NCBI GenBank assembly: GCA_965263035.1
Contig: OZ253580.1
Location: forward strand, 640,001-704,000
From: Acidobacteriota bacterium
GTDB lineage: Bacteria; Acidobacteriota; UBA6911; RPQK01; JAJDTT01
DNA length: 64,000 nt
Direction of reading: 5' to 3'
Shown here: piece by piece, positions 1 to 9,590 of the stretch
Layout of the letters: the number at the start of each line of letters is the position of its first letter
Position numbering within the stretch: the first letter of the stretch is position 1
Made by a program: the position numbers and the translations under genes
The notes under the pieces: model-generated
Told to the model about the DNA's origin: nothing
Databases searched by the model: none
The model's input: only the letters and a program-made list of their open reading frames with translations

Positions 1-393
1 GCGCGTGGCGGCCATCCTCGCCATGAGCACCAACGCCTGCTTGCGGGATCGGCCGGTGACGCCTGTGGCCAGGTAGCGCTGCAGCGACTCCATGGCTTCC
101 GCGGACGCGCCGCACAGGTTCAGGATCTGCCCGTACTTGAGATAGAACCTGGGTGGCAACTCGATCCCATGATCCCGGTGCAAAGCCAGAGCCTCGCTCA
201 TGGCCTCCCGGGCCGCCTGGTTCTTACCTTGGCCCAGGTGTTCATCTGCCTCCGCCAGGAACCGGTCGGCCAATAACTGGGGCGAGTCCTGGGCAAACGG
301 CACTCCGGCAAGCGCCGGCATCAGGGCCGACGCCAGCATCACCAGCGCACAGAGTTCCCGGTTTATTCTTGCGGTTCGATTCCAGTCCCGCAC
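1..393 (-). CDS. Secreted protein with N-terminal TPR-like helical domain (5' part; runs off window edge)
   Basis: Own translation from GTG 393, open to base 1: signal-peptide-like ELCALVMLASALMPALAGVPFAQD, then QLLADRFLAEADEHL...LHRDHGIELPPRFYLKYGQIL...SLQRYL. Not in the ORF track because it has no stop in the window. Confidence 0.6.
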   Translation of the reverse strand, partial: MRDWNRTARINRELCALVMLASALMPALAGVPFAQDSPQLLADRFLAEADEHLGQGKNQAAREAMSEALALHRDHGIELPPRFYLKYGQILNLCGASAEAMESLQRYLATGVTGRSRKQALVLMARMAATR

Positions 394-589
394 ATCTGCT
401 CCGGCCGGCCTTGGGACACACCTCCTGCCGACACCATTTTGACGGCAAGTTTAGCAGTCCCGTTCAAGAATTAGGAAAGAGGAAGGAAAGGCGAGTCGTT
501 TAGGCGTAGCGGGGCTTGGATTCACGTAGAATCTGTCCACGGGTTGTCGGCCCGTCTCACGTTATTGGTGGGTAAGGAAGGCGAAACCA

Positions 590-3298
590 TTGATCCGAGA
601 GCCGAGGAACAGAGTCCGCAAGACGCTGGTGGTTCACAGCCGCTACGGATGGCGGAGTCATCGGACACAAGCGGCTTTGGACGGCGAGCAGGGTCTGGGT
701 TTCCTGACCATGGAGCAGCTTGCGGCCCGTTTGGCCGGAGGCTTCCTGCGACCCATCGACCCGGATGCCCTGAAGATCGCTGTTGCGTCATCGGTCTCCG
801 AACCGCTGGGTGAGCTGGACGGCATCAAGACGCTGCCTGGTTTTCAACGGGCGGCAGCGGCAAGTCTGTCCAAGGCGTGGAGTGCGGGTCTCATGCTGCA
901 AGAGGAAGCCGCCAACGCGGCCAGCGAGCCGGCGGGAGTTCGACTCCATTCGCTGGCTATCCTCGAGCGGGAAGTGCTCTCCCGTCTACGAGACAATCAG
1001 CTCCGCCCGCGAGACCTGGCGGAGGCTGCGGCACAGCGTGCAGCTCATGCCCCCGCGATCCTCGGCCGGGTCGAGATTCACGGCCGCACCGAAATGTCTC
1101 CGGTCTGGCGGCCTCTTCTGTCCCTCATCAGCCGGGAAACGGAAGTGGTTTGGGTAGCCGGAGCGAGGGAGACGCCAGATTGGCTCCGCGAATTCGGCAT
1201 CGACGTGGAGAAAGCTCCAAAGGCAACCCCCACGATCCAGGCTCTCTCCTGCGCCAGTCCACGTCACGAGGTGTTGGAAGCTCTGCGTTGGGCCCGGTGG
1301 CATCTCACCCGAGATGCGTTGCCCCAGCAGATTGCCATCACCGCGGCCTCTCCGCAGAACTGGGACGACCACATGCTGGCCTTGGGGGAAGCGGCCAATC
1401 TGCCGCTTCATTTCATTCATGGCCGGGCTGCGCTGTCGACGGCTGACGGGCAACTTGCCGCGGCCCTCGCCGAGGTCCTGCTGCGCGGATTCTCGCGCAC
1501 TCGCGTCGTCCGTTTGGCGGCACTCCTCCGCTCCCGAAACAAACGCTTTGAAGCGCTTCCGGGCAATTGGTGGCGGTCATTGCCGGAGGAAGCCCCGTTG
1601 CTGGATGCCACCGGTTGGCGTCGGGCAATTGACAAAATGAGCCAATCGGAGTCCCCGGACGGCGACTGCCGGCCGCTTCTGCAGGAGATCATCGGGACTC
1701 TGGCGCAGGGACTGCAAGAAGCATCAACCGTCGGCGAAGGGCTGCTGGAGGGAAGGTCGTTCCAATTGTGGCGCAAGGCGCTGATGGAAGGGCCGCCGGC
1801 GGCGCTCGACATCACCCTGACCGGGCTGCGAGTCGATGACCACGTCGAGCCGGGCGCCGCCATGGTATGGGGTCCCGCTTCGTCCATCGCCGCCGTTCCA
1901 CGACCCTTTTGCTGGCTCCTCGGCCTGACCTCGCGTTCCTGGCCGCGGCGCCCTGCGGAAGATCCTCTGTTGCCGAATCACATCATCGCAGCAGAGAGTC
2001 TCGACCCCCTGCCAGTTCACGAAGCAGATCGGCGCGACTTCGAAACCATCTTGCATTCGACGCGGTCGGAAATCGTCTGCTCCCGGGCCCGACGGGACAG
2101 CGAAGGACGGCTCAACGGAATCTCTCCGCTCTATCCCCATGAACTTGGCGAGACCTATCTGGCGCAGAGCCGGGAGCCGGAGCATGCCGCCACCGAAAGC
2201 GACCGATTGATGGCACGGCCCCAAGAGTTCAGCCGGCGTCGTCGCGCTCAGTCGGCGCTTCAGACCTGGATCGATTGGCATCGGTCCGAACTGACCGGGC
2301 ATGACGGCCTGATCAGGAAGAATCATCCGCTACTCGTCCGTGCCCTAAACCGCCGCCAATCCGCCACTTCGCTGGCCAAGCTGCTGCGAGACCCGTTGGG
2401 ATATCTCTGGACCTATGGGTTCGGATGGAAAGCTCCCGAGGAAACGGACGAGCCGCTCATCCTCGACGCGCTCGCCTTCGGCACCCTCTTGCACGAGATC
2501 CTCCAGGAAACGGTAACCCGGCTGGAGGAGCCTGGAGCTCCTGGTTTTGTAGCCGCTTCAGCTGACGAAATCGAAGAGTTCGTACTCCTGTCCGCGAGCG
2601 GGGTAAGAGCCCGGTGGGATGAATCGCGCCCGGTGCCGCCTCCTGCTATCTGGGCACGGGAACTGGAGGAAGTGGTGGGATTGGCCCAGCAGGCATTGAC
2701 GCTCGATGAGGCCCCCTTGCCAAAGCAGCACAGTTGGGCGGAAGTCCCCTTTGGAGGTGGCCCCTGGATGGAGGCTCTGAGCGACGAGTTCCGCGCCCGT
2801 TTGCCGTGGGACCCCCGCACCCAAGTCGAAATCCCGGGCACCACGATGCGCATCGGTGGATCCATCGACCGTCTCGATCTTGCGGGGAATCTAAGCCGCG
2901 CAAGGGTCACCGACTACAAATCAGGCAAGCTGCGCGGTCGCCCGCCGCAGATCAGGGGTGGAGCGGAACTCCAGCGGTGCCTCTACGCGTTTGCCGTGAA
3001 GACACTGATCGCGGGACGTCCCCAGGTGGATACGCGTCTCCTTTTCCCACGCACGGGGAATCCCCCGTATCCCTTGGATGACCCCGACGCCACACTCGAG
3101 AAGTTGGCGAAATATCTGGTCACGGCGTCAGCCTCGTTCGCGGCGGGAAAGGCCCTGCCCGGCCCCGCCGTCCGTGAGAACTGGTACGGCTTGGACTTCG
3201 CACTGCCGGGAGGGGCCAAGGAGAGTTACGTCGCCGGCAAGCTCCAGTTGGTTGAACTCGCATTGTCCGACCTCGCACCACTGTGGAAAGAACCTTGA
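590..3298 (+). CDS. AddB/RexB-like protein: inactive helicase-like body plus C-terminal PD-(D/E)XK nuclease
   Basis: 902 aa; C-terminal GSIDRLD...VTDYKSG...LQRCLYA RecB-type nuclease motifs; no Walker A; directly upstream of an AddA-like gene. Confidence 0.8.
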   Translation: MIREPRNRVRKTLVVHSRYGWRSHRTQAALDGEQGLGFLTMEQLAARLAGGFLRPIDPDALKIAVASSVSEPLGELDGIKTLPGFQRAAAASLSKAWSAGLMLQEEAANAASEPAGVRLHSLAILEREVLSRLRDNQLRPRDLAEAAAQRAAHAPAILGRVEIHGRTEMSPVWRPLLSLISRETEVVWVAGARETPDWLREFGIDVEKAPKATPTIQALSCASPRHEVLEALRWARWHLTRDALPQQIAITAASPQNWDDHMLALGEAANLPLHFIHGRAALSTADGQLAAALAEVLLRGFSRTRVVRLAALLRSRNKRFEALPGNWWRSLPEEAPLLDATGWRRAIDKMSQSESPDGDCRPLLQEIIGTLAQGLQEASTVGEGLLEGRSFQLWRKALMEGPPAALDITLTGLRVDDHVEPGAAMVWGPASSIAAVPRPFCWLLGLTSRSWPRRPAEDPLLPNHIIAAESLDPLPVHEADRRDFETILHSTRSEIVCSRARRDSEGRLNGISPLYPHELGETYLAQSREPEHAATESDRLMARPQEFSRRRRAQSALQTWIDWHRSELTGHDGLIRKNHPLLVRALNRRQSATSLAKLLRDPLGYLWTYGFGWKAPEETDEPLILDALAFGTLLHEILQETVTRLEEPGAPGFVAASADEIEEFVLLSASGVRARWDESRPVPPPAIWARELEEVVGLAQQALTLDEAPLPKQHSWAEVPFGGGPWMEALSDEFRARLPWDPRTQVEIPGTTMRIGGSIDRLDLAGNLSRARVTDYKSGKLRGRPPQIRGGAELQRCLYAFAVKTLIAGRPQVDTRLLFPRTGNPPYPLDDPDATLEKLAKYLVTASASFAAGKALPGPAVRENWYGLDFALPGGAKESYVAGKLQLVELALSDLAPLWKEP

Positions 3299-3349
3299 AC
3301 CGCCTCGGAACGGACGGCCGGTAAGGGAGTCGAATAAGAGTCTATTTCA

Positions 3350-6300
3350 ATGTCCAGCGTCAGACCGGTAACTCCCCTTCCCGATTCCGCGGCCCGCGTC
3401 GCGGCCCTGACCGACCATGAGCGCACCCTTTTGGTGGAGGCGGGCGCCGGAAGCGGAAAAACAGCTCTCTTAGCCGGACGTGTGGCCCTGATGGTCGGCG
3501 CAGGTGTGCACCCCAGAGAGATCGTCGCCATCACCTTCACGGAAGCAGCGGCGGCCGAGCTCCTGGAGCGAATCGAGACGATGGTGAGAAACCTCTTGTC
3601 GGGTAAGGTTCCCATCGAGCTCGCCGAGCCTTTACCATCGGGCCTCTCTGAGGCGCAGAAGCAGAGTTTGGAGCGTGGATCGAGGGACTTGGACGAGATC
3701 ACCTGCACGACCATACACGGATTCTGTCAACAACTGATCCGGCCCTATCCGGTGGAAACCGGACTGGATCCAGGCGCGGCCATCATCGATCCGGCGGCGG
3801 CCGAACTCGCCTACCAGGATCTGCTGGAGGCTTGGCTTTCGGCGCGGTTCGGGCGGGATCGGGGTGCCGAGGGGTTGGGCCGAATTCCTCCCATCCGGGA
3901 GACCGGAAAAAGCCGGGACTTCCTGGCCACGCTCGTGCTGGCGGCGCCGCGCGAAACGCTGGACCGGGTCAGAAAAACGGCTGAGTTCCTGAAGGAACAC
4001 CGGACCGCACGAGCGGCGGAGCCCGAGATTGAACCGGGGGTCTTCGAACGATTCGTGGAAGCCGCCGACGAGTTTGCCGCCTGGTACCGGAATTGCGGTG
4101 TGACGGAGCCCGGCGCCGCCGAGACGATCGAGGATATCCTGCGGGTCGCCGATGTCGTGCGAGAGGCGGCCACCCAAGCTGCCACCCTGCAAACCTCGAA
4201 GGACCTCCTGTTCCACCAACCGCCGTCGGCCTGCAAACGGGGCGCGGTCCAGTTCAAACAGTGGCGCCGCAAGACCGCGTGGAGGAACGCGGCCGCGGCC
4301 GCCGGCGGGAGCGCCGCCCGGGGGGAGCAGCTCAATGCGGCGGGAAAGGCCCATTACGACGCCTGCTCCGACACTTACTCCGAATTTCGGTCCCAGCTCG
4401 GCGCATTGGCATTTGTCCAGTTCGTGGCGGAGTTCGAACCGTTTCGGGACCTGTACCGGAACTACAAGCGCGATGCCGCTCTTCTGGACTTCGACGACCT
4501 GCTCTATCGGGCTCGGGACCTCCTGAGAGACCACGAGCCGGTTCGCGAAGCTCTATCTCGCCGCTATCCCCGCATCCTGGTCGACGAGTACCAGGATACG
4601 GACCCCCTGCAGTCCGAGATCATCTGGCGCCTCGCCGGTGAAGGCGATCCAGCGTCACCGTGGCACGAGAGAGTCATTCGCCCCGGCGCACTGTTCGTCG
4701 TGGGTGATCCGAAACAGGCGATCTATCGATTTCGCGGCGCGGACGTCAATACCTACCTGCTGGCCAAGAAGGCATTGGAGCAGTTCGATCCGTCCTCGAT
4801 CCTGGACATTACGGCCAACTTCCGGACCCGCGAACCGATCCTGGAGTACGTCAACACGCACTTCGCGACCATGCTTGACGAAAACCGGGGCCAACCCGGC
4901 TTCACGCCACTCGACGCGACGCGCTCCGGCGGCGATGGACCCTGTGTCGCGGCCTTTGACATCGAGCTTGAGGACGAGGACAAGTCTGCCAGAGGGAAAC
5001 CCCTGGTCCATCGAGTTCGCCTGAGGGAGGCCAAAGTTCTGGCCTCCCTAGTCGGCAGTTTGATCGGGACCTACCCGGTTTGCGACGCGCAGGAGAAGAA
5101 ACTGAGATCGGCCCGGGCCGGAGACATAGCTCTGCTCGCCCCCACCGGGACCAGCCTATGGATCTATGAACAGGCCATGGAGGAACTGGAGATCTCCATC
5201 GCCACTCAGGCCGGCAAGGGCTTCTTTCGCCGGCAGGAAGTGCAGGATCTGATCGCCATCGCTCGGATCGTTGCCGATTCCCGCGACACATTGGCGCTGG
5301 GCGCTCTGATCCGGGGACCGCTGGTGGGTCTCACGGAAGAAGAAATCGCCGACGAGATCGAGGCGCTCCACAGTCAAGCTGAGACCAATGCTTCCACCAA
5401 GGATGAGAGCAGGAGCCGCAGCGGCCGGCTTCGCCTCTGGACCGACCTGAAATCCATCGGAAACGCCCCGCTCCGTAGAACCCTCGAGGTGTTGCAGAAC
5501 CTGGCGCGCAAGTCCGGACGGTTGACTCCCTACCAATTGCTGGTGGAGGCGGTCGAAGAGTTGCGCGTGAATTCGATTCTCAAGGCCCGGCATCCGCGGG
5601 GCGCCGAGCGGGCCCTCGCCAACGTGGAGCTGATCCTGGAAATGGCACGCGCCTATGACGGCCGAGGAATTGGTGATTTCGCCCGCGCCGTTTGGCAACG
5701 GTGGAACGACGGGGACATGCAGGCGGAAGGCCGGCCCGACGCTGCGGCCGACTCCGTCTCCATCATCACCATGCATTCCGCCAAGGGGCTGGAATGGCCC
5801 ATCGTGATTCCCATCAACTCAACCACCCGGCCACGTTCCGTATCGGGAATCCTCTACGGACGTCAGGACGACACGATCCACATCAGAACCGCATACCTTT
5901 CAAGCCAGGGATACGAGGAGGTGCGCGAAGAAGAGCAACGGGAACTGCTGGCCGAACGGATCCGTCTCTGGTACGTGGCTCTGACCCGGGCCCGCGATCT
6001 GTTGCTGCTCCCCAGGCAGAACGAAAGGATTCCAGGAGATTGGCTCAGCTTGATCGATATCGATATCGATTCCCTACCCTCTCATTTCTCAATGGGACCA
6101 TTCGGAGGAATACCTGGACCAAGCACCCCCGCAAGCGCCAACCGCCAGGACATCGCCACCTGGAGACGGGAGGCGGCCACGATTCGTGACCACACCCGGC
6201 GGATCTCGTGGGATCAGCCCTCCCTTCACGAGGGTCCCGAGGAGCTGGATGAAGAGGAAGAGACCGTTTTTGCCGGAACCGACGCCATACTGGACGCCGT

Positions 6301-6823
6301 TCCTGAGAAGGTCCAAGAGATGCCGGTCCAGGGCGGACGCCTCCGCGGTCGTATCCTGCACACACTGATGGAGGAGATTCTCACCGGAGAAATCGCGGAC
6401 GACGAAGCGACTTTGCAGGCCAGGGCCAGTCAGCTGATTGCTCAACGGGAACTGACGGATGCGGAAGACGCATCGACGGGACCATCCAGCGTCGAAATGG
6501 CAGCTTCGATGGTACGAACTCTGCAACTCCCGATGGTCGCCGCCCTCCGGCCGCGTCTGGTTCCCGAGTTCCCGGTCTACGCCAGTACCGTCGAGGGTTC
6601 GTCGGTGTCTCTCACCGCGGGGATTGCCGACGCCGTCGCCATCGATGGGAAAGGGCGGATCGAGCTGGTGGTGGACTGGAAGAGCGACGTGAAGCCCACC
6701 AGAAAGGAGGTCGCCAAGTATCACCAACAGGTTCGCGACTATCTCCGGGCGACGGCCGCCCGGACCGGCCTGATCGTCTTCATGAGTACGGGCCGTGTCG
6801 ACAGAATCGTGAAAGGCGGATGA
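3350..6823 (+). CDS. AddA-like UvrD/SF1 helicase with C-terminal nuclease
   Basis: 1157 aa; EAGAGSGKT, LVDEYQD, VGDPKQAIYRFRGA, TMHSAKGLEW, YVALTRARD; C-terminal GIADAV...VVDWKSD...QVRDY. Confidence 0.9.
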   Translation: MSSVRPVTPLPDSAARVAALTDHERTLLVEAGAGSGKTALLAGRVALMVGAGVHPREIVAITFTEAAAAELLERIETMVRNLLSGKVPIELAEPLPSGLSEAQKQSLERGSRDLDEITCTTIHGFCQQLIRPYPVETGLDPGAAIIDPAAAELAYQDLLEAWLSARFGRDRGAEGLGRIPPIRETGKSRDFLATLVLAAPRETLDRVRKTAEFLKEHRTARAAEPEIEPGVFERFVEAADEFAAWYRNCGVTEPGAAETIEDILRVADVVREAATQAATLQTSKDLLFHQPPSACKRGAVQFKQWRRKTAWRNAAAAAGGSAARGEQLNAAGKAHYDACSDTYSEFRSQLGALAFVQFVAEFEPFRDLYRNYKRDAALLDFDDLLYRARDLLRDHEPVREALSRRYPRILVDEYQDTDPLQSEIIWRLAGEGDPASPWHERVIRPGALFVVGDPKQAIYRFRGADVNTYLLAKKALEQFDPSSILDITANFRTREPILEYVNTHFATMLDENRGQPGFTPLDATRSGGDGPCVAAFDIELEDEDKSARGKPLVHRVRLREAKVLASLVGSLIGTYPVCDAQEKKLRSARAGDIALLAPTGTSLWIYEQAMEELEISIATQAGKGFFRRQEVQDLIAIARIVADSRDTLALGALIRGPLVGLTEEEIADEIEALHSQAETNASTKDESRSRSGRLRLWTDLKSIGNAPLRRTLEVLQNLARKSGRLTPYQLLVEAVEELRVNSILKARHPRGAERALANVELILEMARAYDGRGIGDFARAVWQRWNDGDMQAEGRPDAAADSVSIITMHSAKGLEWPIVIPINSTTRPRSVSGILYGRQDDTIHIRTAYLSSQGYEEVREEEQRELLAERIRLWYVALTRARDLLLLPRQNERIPGDWLSLIDIDIDSLPSHFSMGPFGGIPGPSTPASANRQDIATWRREAATIRDHTRRISWDQPSLHEGPEELDEEEETVFAGTDAILDAVPEKVQEMPVQGGRLRGRILHTLMEEILTGEIADDEATLQARASQLIAQRELTDAEDASTGPSSVEMAASMVRTLQLPMVAALRPRLVPEFPVYASTVEGSSVSLTAGIADAVAIDGKGRIELVVDWKSDVKPTRKEVAKYHQQVRDYLRATAARTGLIVFMSTGRVDRIVKGG

Positions 6824-6908
6824 CGGGCCGCAAGTGAATCTCCGCAGGCCGGCGGACACCGGATAACTCCGGTGGCATCCTCTTCGGCATCCTGGGACAA
6901 TCCAGGCC

Positions 6909-7784
6909 ATGTCCGGCCGAGCTTGGCTCTACGCCTTTTCCGCCGTACTCCTCTGGTCCACCGTCGCCACCGTCTTCAAGCTGACCCTGAGGCACGTGGA
7001 CTTCATCCACCTGCTCCTGATCTCCTCCTGGACGGCCTTTCTGGCCCTGCTTCTCGTCATGATCGCCCAGGGAAAGGTCTCCCTCCTGCGTCGGCTGACC
7101 GTCCGTGAACTCCTCTATTCCGCCGGCCTCGGGGCGCTGAATCCGTACGTCTACTACTTGATTCTGTTCAAGGCCTACTCCCTGATCCCGGCCCAGGAGG
7201 CCCTGGCCCTGAACTACACATGGCCCGTTGTCCTGGTCCTCCTCTCGGTGCCTCTGCTGGGACAACGAATCGGGCACGGAAGCGTGGCCGCTATCCTGGT
7301 CAGCTTCTCCGGGGTGGTCCTGATCGCCACGCGGGGGGACCTGGGAACCCTGGGCGTCTCACATCCTTTTGGCGCCTCCCTGGCCTTGGGCTCCTCTCTG
7401 GTCTGGGCCCTGTTCTGGATCTTCAATCTGCGAGACCGGCGCGACCCGGTCCTGAAGCTGTTCCTGAGCTTCGGATTCGGCTCGCTCTTCATCCTGGCCA
7501 CGGTGCTCCTGGGAGAGGGGATCCGGAGCCCCAACTGGCCGGGATTCCTGGGAGGCGTCTACACCGGACTGTTCGAAATGGGACTGACCTTTCTGCTCTG
7601 GCTCAAGGCTCTGGAACTGGCCAATACCACCGCCCGGGTCAGCAATCTGGTGTTCCTCTCCCCGTTCCTCTCCCTGGTCTTCATCCGGGTGCTGGTCGGC
7701 GAGCCGATCCTGCCCTCCACCTTGGCCGGCCTGGTCCTGATCATTTGCGGAATCCTGCTGCAACAGCGCCTGGGGCGATCGTGA
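6909..7784 (+). CDS. DMT/EamA family transporter
   Basis: 291 aa with about ten hydrophobic helices in two EamA-like halves (LNYTWP, LVFLSP, LVGEPI). Confidence 0.85.
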   Translation: MSGRAWLYAFSAVLLWSTVATVFKLTLRHVDFIHLLLISSWTAFLALLLVMIAQGKVSLLRRLTVRELLYSAGLGALNPYVYYLILFKAYSLIPAQEALALNYTWPVVLVLLSVPLLGQRIGHGSVAAILVSFSGVVLIATRGDLGTLGVSHPFGASLALGSSLVWALFWIFNLRDRRDPVLKLFLSFGFGSLFILATVLLGEGIRSPNWPGFLGGVYTGLFEMGLTFLLWLKALELANTTARVSNLVFLSPFLSLVFIRVLVGEPILPSTLAGLVLIICGILLQQRLGRS

Positions 7785-7855
7785 AGCATTCGGTCCATGG
7801 CGACTTTCGCCACGGACTGCTAACCTGAGCCGGCTCGACATCGACGGAGAACGCC

Positions 7856-8917
7856 ATGCGAAGTCATCGGATCACCGCTTACCCCGGCGATGGAATCGGC
7901 CAGGAGGTCACGGCAGAGACGCTGCGCGTACTGGACGCGGCACAAGACGGTTTCGGCGACTTTCGCCTGGAAGTGACCCGGGTCCCCTGGGGCTCGGACT
8001 ACTACCAGCGGCACGGCGCCGTGGTGCCGGACGACTACCTGGAACATTTGGCCCCCAGCGACGCCATATTCCTCGGAGCCGTCGGGGACCCGGCTCGAAT
8101 ACCCGACCACGTGACCCTGGCTCCACTGATCCGCATCCGGCAGAGCTTCGATCAGTACGCCTGCGTGAGGCCGGCCCGGCTCTTCCCAGGGGTTCGAACG
8201 CCTCTGGCCGGGAAGGGGCCAAAGGACATCGACCTGGTGGTGATTCGGGAAAACTCGGAGGGTGAGTACGTCGACAACGGAGGCCGTTTCCGTGTGGGCA
8301 CGCCCGATGAGTTCGCCGTCCAGACCGCCCTGCACACGCGCAAGGGCATCGAGCGGATTCTCCGTTTCGGATTCCGGATGGCCGGCACCCGGCGAGGCCA
8401 CCTGACCATGATCACCAAGTCCAACGCCCAGCGCTACGGCTTCGTGCTCTGGGACGAGGTCCTGGACGAGCTACGGGCCGAGTACCCGGACATCGAAGTG
8501 GCCAAATATCACATCGACGCGGCGGTCATGAACCTGGTCCGGTGGCCCGAACGGTTCGACGTGGTGGTGGCGTCCAACCTGTTCGGCGACATTCTGACCG
8601 ATCTCTCAGGGATCCTGGCGGGGGGACTGGGCCAAGCGCCATCGTCCAATATCAACCCTGAACGGCGCTTCCCATCCATGTTCGAACCGGTCCACGGATC
8701 GGCTCCCGACATCGCCGGTCAGGGCATCGCCAACCCCACCGCAGCCATCCTGAGCGGGGCCAACATGCTCCGTTGGCTGGGTGAGGAGCGGGCAGCGGCC
8801 ACCGTCGAACAGGCCGTGGAAGCGACCTTTGCCCAAGGCCACGGCACCCCCGATCTGGGCGGTGAGCTCACCACCCGGTCGTTCACCGACCGGATCCTGG
8901 AGAACCTGCAGGCCTGA
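7856..8917 (+). CDS. Isocitrate/isopropylmalate/tartrate dehydrogenase family protein
   Basis: PGDGIGQEV, IRENSEGEY, NLFGDILTD, FEPVHGSAPDIAG motifs. Confidence 0.9.
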   Translation: MRSHRITAYPGDGIGQEVTAETLRVLDAAQDGFGDFRLEVTRVPWGSDYYQRHGAVVPDDYLEHLAPSDAIFLGAVGDPARIPDHVTLAPLIRIRQSFDQYACVRPARLFPGVRTPLAGKGPKDIDLVVIRENSEGEYVDNGGRFRVGTPDEFAVQTALHTRKGIERILRFGFRMAGTRRGHLTMITKSNAQRYGFVLWDEVLDELRAEYPDIEVAKYHIDAAVMNLVRWPERFDVVVASNLFGDILTDLSGILAGGLGQAPSSNINPERRFPSMFEPVHGSAPDIAGQGIANPTAAILSGANMLRWLGEERAAATVEQAVEATFAQGHGTPDLGGELTTRSFTDRILENLQA

Positions 8918-9044
8918 CCGCTACGGCGAGAGGCGTGGTCACATTCGAATCGTGGATTCGAGAATGTGGCCGTCCTTCACCGTCCGCTCTTGTGGCCTGC
9001 GCCCGGACACGTCCAACTCTCCATCTTGCCGCATGTCATGGCGG

Positions 9045-9171
9045 AAAAGGCATGGGTCACCACTGTCAGAAGCAGGCTCGATCGTCAACATTCTGCAACC
9101 CATGATGCGATCACTGGATCAGGCCCCAGACTCATCAGCCAAGACACCCCATTGTTACCGAGAATGAACAA
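9045..9171 (-). pseudogene. Decayed 5' remnant of a FitB/VapC PIN toxin
   Basis: Own translation LFILGNNGVSWLMSLGPDPVIASWVAEC*RSSLLLTVVTHA follows the VapC N-terminal pattern (xxLDTNVVSELMRPxPDPxVxxW); catalytic Asp lost, in-frame stop, remainder missing; starts just after the antitoxin stop. Confidence 0.6.
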
Positions 9172-9178
9172 CCGAAGC

Positions 9179-9421
9179 TCAACTGAAATTGGGAGGCTCG
9201 CGCATTGGTTCGCGCGGCGGCAGTTCGAGGTCCACGCCGCCGAAGGGCGCGAAGCATTCTCCGATTAAACTGGCCAGATTCTCCGGTTTGGCTTCCCGGC
9301 TGACCGCCTCGTGCAGTATGACCCTTGCCTCCTCTTCCATCGATCGACCGTTGGAGGCTGCGCGAACCCGAAGTCGGGACTTCACATCGTCGTCCAGATT
9401 GCGGATCGTGATACTTGCCAT
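9179..9421 (-). CDS. FitA/StbC-like ribbon-helix-helix antitoxin
   Basis: MASITIRNLDDDVKSRLRVRAASNGRSMEEEARVIL...FAPFGGVDLELPPREPMREPPNF is the typical FitA-like pattern. Confidence 0.85.
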   Translation of the reverse strand: MASITIRNLDDDVKSRLRVRAASNGRSMEEEARVILHEAVSREAKPENLASLIGECFAPFGGVDLELPPREPMREPPNFS

Positions 9422-9590
9422 TGTGCCGTCTCCCCGCATGGAAGTAGCGTACGCTCAAGGGACCGAGGGTAGCATCGTGGGCTGAATGACGCACCGAGAT
9501 CCACTACGGGATTTTCGACTTGCCCGGGCGAGGGCGCCCAGACCTCCCTATCGAACAGATGGTCCTTCCATGTCGTCGCTGTCATGGCCT

